From IMG/VR virus record IMGVR_UViG_2862465376_000001, positions 1 through 64,000 of that record: a stretch of 64,000 nt of DNA; one strand, given 5' to 3'. Positions within the stretch are counted from its first letter, which is position 1, and the number at the start of each line of letters is the position of its first letter. The DNA is from a virus (taxonomy: Duplodnaviria; Caudoviricetes). The position numbers and the translations under genes are program-made. Below the pieces are notes generated by a model, which ran no database searches, was not told the DNA's origin, and worked only from the letters and a program-made list of their open reading frames with translations. Positions 44,761-52,224 of this stretch are shown piece after piece.

Positions 44761-46590
44761 TTGGCTGCGAACAAGATGCCGCTGGGCAGTGCGGGCCAGA
44801 CCCTCGCAGCGGGCCCCGTGTCGACGCTGATGCCAGGGGTGACCTACCAGGAACTCACCCAGGGGTACGCGTCGAACGTGTGGTCCGTGTGGGCCTGGCG
44901 TGTCGGCGGTCCTGAGACGTACGGCAATCAGGCGACCGCCCAGGCCCTGGTGACGGAGCTGAGCGGCCTGGGATTCGCCAGCCGTCTGGATACCCTCACC
45001 GCGTTCGCGGCTGCGGACACGGCGGGCGGCGTGATCGGCTACGCCGTCCGGGTGGGCAGTTTCGCCCCTCAGCAGATGAACGAGGCGGTCACGCTTCAGG
45101 CGTCGCTGGTCAGTGCGGGATACCAGGGCCGGGTGATCTACACGGCCGAGGACGGCGTTCCGTCGGAAGGACCCTGGGAGGTCCGGGTCGTACGTGTGGA
45201 CGCCGACGCTAAGGTGCGGCTCAAGGCGGTCCACGGCGCGCAGGTCAGCACGTCGAAGACGGTGCGTTCCATGGCCGTCGCGAGCAGGGCTCTGGTCGCG
45301 GTCAACGGCGGCGAGTTCGACATCAAGACCATGGCCGGGCACTCCGGCTACGAGGTCCCGCAGGGCCTGTACGTGCAGGACAACACGCTGCTCAGCGCCG
45401 CCAACAACGGGCGGACCGCCTTGCTGCTGGAGGGCGTCGGGCAGCGGGTCCGGGTCACAGAGGCGTCCTCGTCCTTGCGTATCAAGACCGTTGACGGGGC
45501 CGAGAGGGCCGTGGACGGTATCAACCGGGTGCCCAGCCGTGTCCTGGGCTGCGGCGGCGTCGGCGGCGACACGCTTGTGGTCGACGGTGTTGCCACTCCC
45601 ACGCTGAAGCCGTGGCGCAACCTGATCTGTACGGACCCCGACGAGGTCGTCATCTTCCGCCCGGAGTGGGGCGCCGCGACTCCTGCCCCCTGGCAGGGGG
45701 TGACCAACAGCGTCGATGTCGTCATGAACGGCAACTGGGTGGTGCAGGAGCTGCGTTCTCCGGCTGGCGGAGCCATCCCCACGGGCGGCCGGGTTCTGCA
45801 GGGGATCGGGACGGGCGCGGACTGGCTGCGGACGCACGCCAAGGTCGGGGAGATGGTCACGCCTACGGCGAGCATCACCGACGCGGCGGGGGCGGCGGTC
45901 ACAAGTCCCACGCTGTCGGGTGTGGCCGGAGGCGGCCCGGCTCTGGTCCGGGGAGGAGCGAAGTCGGTCAACATCGGTGCGAACGGCATGACGTCCTTCA
46001 CCGGTGCCCCAAACCTGTCGTCTGTCCAGCGGCATCCGCGCACTCTGGCCGGGGTGACCGCGTCCGGTCAGTTCCTGCTGGTGACGGTCGACGGCCGCAA
46101 TCCAGGGCGCAGTGTGGGGCTCACCTGGTCGGAGGCTGCCGACCTGATGCTCTGGCTCGGCGCGACGGAGGCTGTCGGGCTGGGCAGCGGCGGGGACACC
46201 GCCATGGTCGTCAGTAACGCGCTGAGCAACAGCCCCAGAGACACCTGGAACACGCAGGACACGATCCCGTACGAGCGGTCGGTGGCCACGGCTGTCGTCG
46301 TCGTCCCTGACGATGTGCAGCCCGCCCCGGTCTCCACGATCCCGGCCGGAATCTCGGGCTGGGACGCACCGCTCAACGAAGCCCTGGTCGGCCTGCAGAC
46401 GCAGATCAGCTACCTGACGGCGGCAACGGCTGCTGTGGTCGAGCAGCTCGGTGACGGGACCGGGCTGCCGCTGCAGAACGTCGCGGCCACCCCGGCCACC
46501 ACGCCCACGGGCGGGGTCCTGTACGTCGAGGCCGGGGTGCTGAAGTACCGGGGCGGCAAGGGAACCGTCACAACTCTGGGACCAGCGTAA
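44761..46590 (+). CDS. Phosphodiester glycosidase (NAGPA/DUF2233) family protein with SPOR-like segment
   Basis: AVNGGEF, GGGPALV, RHPRTLAGV, VTVDGR; AAGGAG RBS then TTG. Confidence 0.8.
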   Translation: MAANKMPLGSAGQTLAAGPVSTLMPGVTYQELTQGYASNVWSVWAWRVGGPETYGNQATAQALVTELSGLGFASRLDTLTAFAAADTAGGVIGYAVRVGSFAPQQMNEAVTLQASLVSAGYQGRVIYTAEDGVPSEGPWEVRVVRVDADAKVRLKAVHGAQVSTSKTVRSMAVASRALVAVNGGEFDIKTMAGHSGYEVPQGLYVQDNTLLSAANNGRTALLLEGVGQRVRVTEASSSLRIKTVDGAERAVDGINRVPSRVLGCGGVGGDTLVVDGVATPTLKPWRNLICTDPDEVVIFRPEWGAATPAPWQGVTNSVDVVMNGNWVVQELRSPAGGAIPTGGRVLQGIGTGADWLRTHAKVGEMVTPTASITDAAGAAVTSPTLSGVAGGGPALVRGGAKSVNIGANGMTSFTGAPNLSSVQRHPRTLAGVTASGQFLLVTVDGRNPGRSVGLTWSEAADLMLWLGATEAVGLGSGGDTAMVVSNALSNSPRDTWNTQDTIPYERSVATAVVVVPDDVQPAPVSTIPAGISGWDAPLNEALVGLQTQISYLTAATAAVVEQLGDGTGLPLQNVAATPATTPTGGVLYVEAGVLKYRGGKGTVTTLGPA

Positions 46591-46599
46591 GGAGGAGCC

Positions 46600-46770
46600 A
46601 TGTCCGGTTGCGCCCACGAAGGCCCTGCACCATCCCGGGAGTTCGACCTGACGAACATCGAGGCGAACCAGGTGGTCTGCACGCATCGCGTCTGCAGCCA
46701 CGGCCAGACCGTCGTCTCCCTCTACGAGGCCGAGAAGTTCCGCATCCTGCACATCTGCCCCACCACCTGA
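46600..46770 (+). CDS. Small hypothetical protein (56 aa, not in ORF track)
   Basis: AAGGAGGAG RBS; MSGCAHEGPAPSREFDL...HICPTT. Confidence 0.65.
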   Translation: MSGCAHEGPAPSREFDLTNIEANQVVCTHRVCSHGQTVVSLYEAEKFRILHICPTT

Positions 46771-46783
46771 CAAGGAGTCACCC

Positions 46784-46966
46784 ATGGCGTACACCGTCAC
46801 ACTCAAGGCCGGTCTGCAGGACGTCGTACTGCCGAACGGCAGCCGATACCAGGGAGAGGACGTCGTCGTGCTCAGCGACGAGCACTACGGCGTCATCCCG
46901 GCCTCCACCCGGGCGGCCGTCTTCTCCGCCGAGGCTGTCGTCCCGGTCCCGGCTCCGGCGGCCTGA
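46784..46966 (+). CDS. Small structural-type protein
   Basis: AAGGAG RBS. Confidence 0.75.
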   Translation: MAYTVTLKAGLQDVVLPNGSRYQGEDVVVLSDEHYGVIPASTRAAVFSAEAVVPVPAPAA

Positions 46967-47631
46967 TGAGCACCGTCCGGGGCGAGTACGTCCGCTCGAA
47001 GCAGTCCTGGGCCGTCGACCAGGAACGGCTCAGGCACAGCCAGGCCCTGCACATGCTGGGTGAGAACGTCATGTTCTGCCTGCTGTGGACGGCGCGGGAC
47101 TACGAGAACCAGTTGGTCGGTCTGTGCACGGTGTGCGCCAGCGACCGTATCTCGAAGGCGTACGGGCAGGCGTCGCGGAACAAGTGCCCGTCCTGCTTCG
47201 GCACCCGCTTCGAGGGCGGCTACCGGGCGCTGATCGTGCGCCCGGCCATCTTCACGGACGCCGACGACTCCCAGTCCTTCACCGCGCGCGGCGTCGTCAC
47301 CCCGCAGGAGGTCCACCTGGAGACGACCAGCGACTTCCGGGTGCACAGCGGCGACTACGCGATGCGCGCCACGGGCGAGCGCCTGCAGCTGCGCGTGCCG
47401 CAGCGGACCACGCTGCGCACCGGCTTCGGTACGCCGTACCAGCGTGAGGCCGCCACGGCGTACAACCTGGCGCGCGCGGCCGTCGAGGACGAGGACTCGG
47501 TGGCCTACCTGATTCCTCCGGCCACTGAGCCGCTGATCGAGATCCTGTCCCGGACCGGGCACACGCCGCCGTCGTTCGATGACGTGGAAATAATTCGCGC
47601 TCCGCTGATCCCGCTGTACGAGCAAGACTGA
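46966..47631 (+). CDS. Head closure / neck protein with Zn ribbon
   Basis: CTVC...CPSCFGTRFEGGY. Confidence 0.65.
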   Translation: MSTVRGEYVRSKQSWAVDQERLRHSQALHMLGENVMFCLLWTARDYENQLVGLCTVCASDRISKAYGQASRNKCPSCFGTRFEGGYRALIVRPAIFTDADDSQSFTARGVVTPQEVHLETTSDFRVHSGDYAMRATGERLQLRVPQRTTLRTGFGTPYQREAATAYNLARAAVEDEDSVAYLIPPATEPLIEILSRTGHTPPSFDDVEIIRAPLIPLYEQD

Positions 47632-47634
47632 CCT

Positions 47635-47673
47635 CGCCCGCCAAGACCACCACCCAGGGGTACCGCCATGCCC
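47635..47673 (+). promoter_or_regulatory. Two CCGCCA motifs, second in hairpin pairing RBS with thyX start
   Basis: CCCGCCAA at 47637; GGGTA-CCGCCA-TGCCC at 47658-47673. Confidence 0.6.
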
Positions 47674-48411
47674 GATAAGATCCTGCCACCCGACGAGACC
47701 ACGCCGTTCACCATCCGTAACGACGTCACTGTCGAGCTGGTCAAGCACGACGCGGCCGACTCCGACGTGGCCACTGCCGCCCGTGTATCCACCGTCGGAG
47801 AGAGCCACGAGCGGATCGTTGACCTGGCCAAGGACTCCGGCCTGATCAACTACCTCATGCGGGACCGGCACGGCAGCCCGTTCGAGCACAACTCGATGAC
47901 CTTCTTCGTCAGCGCCCCGATCTTCGTCTTCCGCGAGATGATGCGCCACAGGGTCGGCTGGTCGTACAACGAGGAGTCCGGCCGATACAAGGAGCTGGAG
48001 CCGGTCTTCTACGTGCCCGCATCGGACCGCAAGCTGGTCCAACAAGGGCGCCCTGGAAAGTACGAGTTCGTCGAGGGCACCGACGAGCAGATGAACCTCA
48101 CCAGGAACCTACTGGCGAGGAGCGCGCTGGAGTCATACGAGGTCTACCAGACCCTCCTGGAACAGGGCATCGCCCGCGAGGTGGCCCGCACGGTCCTGCC
48201 GCTGAACATCTACTCGTCGCTGTACGCCACCTGCAACGCGCGCTCGCTGATGCACTTCCTCGGGCTGCGCACGACGCACCCGGACGCCAAGGTGCCCTCC
48301 TTCCCGCAGCGGGAGATCGAGATGGTCGGCGAGAAGATGGAGGCGGAGTGGGCCCGGCTCATGCCGCTCACCTACGCTGCCTTCAACGCCAACGGCCGCG
48401 TCGCACCGTAG
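47668..48411 (+). CDS. thyX: FAD-dependent thymidylate synthase
   Basis: AARVS, HGSPFEH, RHRVGWSYNEESGRY, AREVARTVLP, NARSLMHFLGLR. Confidence 0.95.
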   Translation: MPDKILPPDETTPFTIRNDVTVELVKHDAADSDVATAARVSTVGESHERIVDLAKDSGLINYLMRDRHGSPFEHNSMTFFVSAPIFVFREMMRHRVGWSYNEESGRYKELEPVFYVPASDRKLVQQGRPGKYEFVEGTDEQMNLTRNLLARSALESYEVYQTLLEQGIAREVARTVLPLNIYSSLYATCNARSLMHFLGLRTTHPDAKVPSFPQREIEMVGEKMEAEWARLMPLTYAAFNANGRVAP

Positions 48412-48419
48412 CCAGGCGC

Positions 48420-48459
48420 ACAGCAGCCCGCCACCAGTCCAGACGGTGGCGGGCTGCTG
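48420..48459. terminator. Bidirectional terminator hairpin
   Basis: ACAGCAGCCCGCCACC / GGTGGCGGGCTGCTGT. Confidence 0.75.
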
Positions 48460-48464
48460 TGCGC

Positions 48465-48782
48465 TCAGGCGGGCCCAGGGACGAAGATCTCGTGCCCGCC
48501 GACCCGGCGCCAGACGACGTGCGGCTCACCTTCCCGGACCATCGGCCCGAACTGCCAGGTGGCCCGGCCGTCGGGGGCCCAGGTCATTTCCATGATGGGA
48601 CTCTCGCCCGCAGGGATGTTGACTCCCTGTACGGGCTTGACCCGGAGGCCGGGCCGGAACTGCCCTACCGCAACATCCGGAACGAACTTGTTCTGAATGA
48701 TGTCCTCGAAGCGCTTCTTGTCCTCGGGGCTGAGCCTCTTGAAGTCGCGCTTGAAGTGGGCAGCGGTCTCGAACGTTGGCAA
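48465..48782 (-). CDS. RelE/ParE-fold toxin-like protein
   Basis: FKRDFKRL, LRVKPVQG, MEMTWAPDGRATW, VWRRVGGHEIF. Confidence 0.7.
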   Translation of the reverse strand: MPTFETAAHFKRDFKRLSPEDKKRFEDIIQNKFVPDVAVGQFRPGLRVKPVQGVNIPAGESPIMEMTWAPDGRATWQFGPMVREGEPHVVWRRVGGHEIFVPGPA

Positions 48783-48804
48783 TAGGGCCTCCGGATGCTA
48801 GGGG

Positions 48805-49098
48805 TCAGTCGTCTGCGTTGAGGTGCGCGAACATGTCGTCGGCACTCTCGTGGACGGTGGTGCGTCCGGCCGCGATGTCCTCGCTTGCCTGGCGCTCCCC
48901 CTCCTGCCACTCCTTGGTCCAGAACCAGGTCTGGTCGGAGCGGATCTTCTTCAGTCCGTGGACCTCGACGACACCTGCGTCGCTGACCTCGAACTCAAGC
49001 TCATCTCCTGGGGAGACCCCCAGTGCCTCACGCACGCGTACAGGCAGCGTCAGCTGGCCCTTTTCACGCACGCGAGTCCTGGACGTAGCCGTAGCCAT
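48805..49098 (-). CDS. AbrB/MazE-family antitoxin
   Basis: KGQLTLPVRVREALGVSPGDEL; DQTWFWTKEWQEGE; GGGAGG RBS. Confidence 0.85.
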   Translation of the reverse strand: MATATSRTRVREKGQLTLPVRVREALGVSPGDELEFEVSDAGVVEVHGLKKIRSDQTWFWTKEWQEGERQASEDIAAGRTTVHESADDMFAHLNADD

Positions 49099-49224
49099 GG
49101 ATGTCCTCCCACTGTCACCTTCCATGTTTCCGTGCTACCAAGCTACCCCAGAACTAGTAACTATCAAACTCTCCTACATTCCAACTTTCTCACATTCTAC
49201 CATCGTCCTTAGTAGTCACCGGGG

Positions 49225-49259
49225 CTGTCCGCGCCTCCTCCGCCGCCCTCAAGGGGTGA
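49225..49259 (+). promoter_or_regulatory. Late-type bipartite promoter motif
   Basis: CTGTC-N20-CAAGGGGTGA. Confidence 0.8.
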
Positions 49260-49274
49260 ACAGAGGAGGCACGC

Positions 49275-50000
49275 GTGCAGGCCGAGGTCCCCGAGGTCCA
49301 CCTGGTCGCCACCCCCGACCGGATGATCATGATCGAGAAGGGCCTGTCCCCGAAGCGGGCCCAGGCCGCCGCCCGGGAGGCGGTGCGGCAGGCCCGGCGC
49401 CGGATGCCGAAGATGAGCGGCGCGGCGGCGCGCGGGATGCAGCCGATCTACGGCAAGGGGTACTTCGGGATCTCGTGGGCGACGCAGGTGGTCTGGTACC
49501 AGGACCACGGCACGAAGGCCTTCACCATGCGGAACCTGGCTGGCAAGACGATCCCCATGTGGATCGACGACCCGACGGGCCAGGAGCGGCGGGACAACCC
49601 GAAGGCGAAGACCCGGGTCACGGAGTCCGGCAAGGTGCAGGTGCTGATCTTCCGGCGGGCGGCGAAGATCGGGCAGCGCAAGAAGGTCTACCGGCGGGAC
49701 CCGAAGACGGGCCTGAAGGTCGTCGTCTCCGACACCCCCGCGCACTACCCGGGCGCCCCGGGCCGGATCGGGTGGCGTGAGGCGAAGCAGCCGTGGACGC
49801 GGCCGGGCAAGCGCCCTGGAGCCATCCACCCCGGGAACATCGGCGTCTGGTGGCGGCACCCGGGCCTGAAGCCGCGCTCGTTCCTGAACACCTCCATGAC
49901 CCTGGCAGCGCAGAAGCACGGCCTGCTGGCCGGGCGGGTCTACGTGGCAGACAAGGGGTGGAGAAACTACGTACGCTTGCACGGCGAGGAGTTCAAATGA
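49275..50000 (+). CDS. Basic neck/tail-completion protein (HK97 gp10-like)
   Basis: ARRRMPKMSG, YQDHGT, HPGLKPRSFL. Confidence 0.65.
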   Translation: MQAEVPEVHLVATPDRMIMIEKGLSPKRAQAAAREAVRQARRRMPKMSGAAARGMQPIYGKGYFGISWATQVVWYQDHGTKAFTMRNLAGKTIPMWIDDPTGQERRDNPKAKTRVTESGKVQVLIFRRAAKIGQRKKVYRRDPKTGLKVVVSDTPAHYPGAPGRIGWREAKQPWTRPGKRPGAIHPGNIGVWWRHPGLKPRSFLNTSMTLAAQKHGLLAGRVYVADKGWRNYVRLHGEEFK

Positions 50001-50707
50001 CACTGGTCTGGTCGGAGATCAACAAGTTGGGTAAGTGGGCGCCGGTCGACTCCGAGGAGCACATCGACCCCTCGGAACTGAATGTGGGTCACGCGTATGA
50101 CCGGCTGGACGACAGGCACGTGCGCAGGCTGACCGACTCGATCAGCCAGCACGGCTACAGTCCGGAGCAGCACGGCCAGCTTGGGCTGAACATCACCGAC
50201 CACGGCGAGAACATCTACCACCACGCCGACGGCTCGGAGACGCATCCCGAGGACCATCTGCACCATGCCCACTTGCTGAAGGCGTTGCAGAACATGGGTC
50301 ACGGCCCGGTGCCGGTGCACCTCCACGACCAGGCGTCCGACCCCGAGGGTGAGCCCGCGCCGAGGTACTGGCATGGCACCACGGTCAAGGACTTGGAGCA
50401 GGTACATCCGAACCACGGGACCAAGGGCAACTTCGGCAACAACCTCGGCGTCCACGAGCCCGGCTACGCGTACGCCACCAGCCGGAGAAGCGCGGAGCAC
50501 TACGCCGACCAGGCCGCGTTGACCCACGGCGGGCGCCCTCGCGTCTACGAAGTCCACCCCAACGGCCCGGTCGAGAAGGACCCGCAGTACGACGGCAACG
50601 GCAACCACCGGGGCAACAACGACGACGACGTCCGGTCCCGGCACGGCTTCACCGTGGTCGGTGAAGAGGACCTCGGACATCATGACAAAGACGACGACTG
50701 GCACTGA
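49997..50707 (+). CDS. Protein with Arr-like ADP-ribosyltransferase domain
   Basis: YWHGT, YAYAT, RPRVYEVHPNGPVEKDP, VRSRHGFTVVGE. Confidence 0.8.
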   Translation: MTLVWSEINKLGKWAPVDSEEHIDPSELNVGHAYDRLDDRHVRRLTDSISQHGYSPEQHGQLGLNITDHGENIYHHADGSETHPEDHLHHAHLLKALQNMGHGPVPVHLHDQASDPEGEPAPRYWHGTTVKDLEQVHPNHGTKGNFGNNLGVHEPGYAYATSRRSAEHYADQAALTHGGRPRVYEVHPNGPVEKDPQYDGNGNHRGNNDDDVRSRHGFTVVGEEDLGHHDKDDDWH

Positions 50708-50870
50708 CTCCGGGACAGCGGTCCATGCAGCCCTTCATCAGTGACTCTTTGCCCGGAGCCTGATGTCGAACTGCATGGACCATTTGTGAGAGAGCGCCTC
50801 ACACTTATAGGACGGCTGTCGGGGCGAAAGTACTTACTCTCTCCCCGGATCTTCTTCTGACACAGAGGGC

Positions 50871-50905
50871 CTGTCCGCCCCTCCTGCCGCGCCCTCAAGG
50901 GGTGA
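50871..50905 (+). promoter_or_regulatory. Late-type bipartite promoter motif
   Basis: CTGTC-N20-CAAGGGGTGA. Confidence 0.8.
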
Positions 50906-50921
50906 CGGAGGAGGGGCGTAC

Positions 50922-51557
50922 GTGTACATCACCAGGGTCAAGGCGCTCGCGGTCGAGGCGCTGCAGGCGGTGTTCGACGACCAGTACCCCGTGACGGAGT
51001 TCCGGGGGCTGCGGTGCTCGCTGGAGTACCCGGTCGAGCAGATCCGGCTGCCGCAGGTGTGGGTGCGCTACTCGGACACGGGCCCGCTGAAGCAGGCCGG
51101 TGTGAAGCACACTGAGGACGTCGACCCGGTGACCGGCGGCCGGACGCACCCGTACACGCGCTTCAAATTCGAGGGGTCCTGGGAGTTCGTCATCGTCGCG
51201 CTGTCGAGCGTCGAGCGGGACCGGGTCTACGACGAGCTGATCGCGACGATCGCGTTCTCCGGGTTCGACACGGTGCGCAGCCGGTTCAGGGTCTACCTGG
51301 AGGCCAACGACCTGATCGACCTGACGCTGCGCACGGACGAGATCGAGTCGACCGGGGAGTCGGCCGAGCCGGGGACGCCGTGGGGCACGGACGAGGTGCT
51401 GTACGAGCGGACGCTGGCCGTGGACCTGATTGGGGACTTCGCGGCCGACCCGGAGACCGGTGTCATCGTGCCGCTGTCGAAGATCCAGATCACGCCCACG
51501 GTCGACCTCACCCTGGACAACGAGGCGCGCGGCGAGGGCTTCGACGTCTGGCACTAG
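50922..51557 (+). CDS. Tail terminator-like protein
   Basis: Last plus-strand gene before sheath; YP....LP..V, ALSSVERDRVYD pattern. Confidence 0.6.
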   Translation: MYITRVKALAVEALQAVFDDQYPVTEFRGLRCSLEYPVEQIRLPQVWVRYSDTGPLKQAGVKHTEDVDPVTGGRTHPYTRFKFEGSWEFVIVALSSVERDRVYDELIATIAFSGFDTVRSRFRVYLEANDLIDLTLRTDEIESTGESAEPGTPWGTDEVLYERTLAVDLIGDFAADPETGVIVPLSKIQITPTVDLTLDNEARGEGFDVWH

Positions 51558-52078
51558 GGCCAGAAAGTGCGCACGTTGTCGGCCAGTTCGCGCTTGAGGG
51601 CCGGGTTGACGATGGAGACGATCATCTCGACGTCCAGCTGGCCGACGGCGGGCCAGAGGAGTTCCCGGGCCTTGGAGTACTTCTCGGCGAGGCGCTGTCG
51701 CTTGTCCTCGGGAAGCTGGGCGGCACGGTCGGGACGGCTGTTGTGCGCGTTGTCGGCGACCTTGACCAGGGCGGCGGAGCGCTGCTTGGTGATGCGCCGG
51801 ATCTTCTCCTCGTAGGGCACGCCGGGCTGGTTGGTGACGGCCTCGACGATGCGGACGACATGCTCGGGAACTCCGGCCTTCACGAGGGCCTCGGCCGTCC
51901 AGTCCGTGTCCTCAATGATGTCGTGGAGCAGTCCTGCCCGCTCCAGGTCCTTGCCGAACGGCGCGAGCCCTTCGGCCACGGCCTCGACGTGCTCGATGTA
52001 CGGGACGCCGATCTTGTCGGCCTGGCCTGCGTGGGCGTCTCGGGCGAGGCGGTAGGTCTGAATGACGGTCAGCTCCAT
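51554..52078 (-). CDS. HD-domain protein, RelA/SpoT hydrolase (Mesh1/SAH)-like
   Basis: AHAGQ.DK.G.PYIEH, LLHDIIEDT, VKVADNAHN. Confidence 0.85.
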   Translation of the reverse strand: MELTVIQTYRLARDAHAGQADKIGVPYIEHVEAVAEGLAPFGKDLERAGLLHDIIEDTDWTAEALVKAGVPEHVVRIVEAVTNQPGVPYEEKIRRITKQRSAALVKVADNAHNSRPDRAAQLPEDKRQRLAEKYSKARELLWPAVGQLDVEMIVSIVNPALKRELADNVRTFWP

Positions 52079-52161
52079 GGGGCCAATCCCACCACGAACT
52101 CCTACTGGAACTACTAGTTGACCTACTAATTTCTCCCAGATTAGTAGTTCGTGCGGTCTCG

Positions 52162-52196
52162 CTGTCCGTCGGCCTGCTGTCGCCCTCAAGGGGTGA
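52162..52196 (+). promoter_or_regulatory. Late-type bipartite promoter motif
   Basis: CTGTC-N20-CAAGGGGTGA. Confidence 0.8.
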
Positions 52197-52224
52197 CAAC
52201 TGGCCGACGCGACTGGTGGGTGGC

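Noticed and set aside
48420-48459. CCCGCCA within the hairpin after thyX
   Set aside because: Motif lies in the stem of a bidirectional terminator, not in a loop near an RBS, so it is not counted in the regulon
50730-50830. Possible hammerhead ribozyme (CTGATGA on minus strand, CTGATG..GAAA on plus)
   Set aside because: Core elements are not in the required order with stem II; the plus-strand copy is CTGATGT
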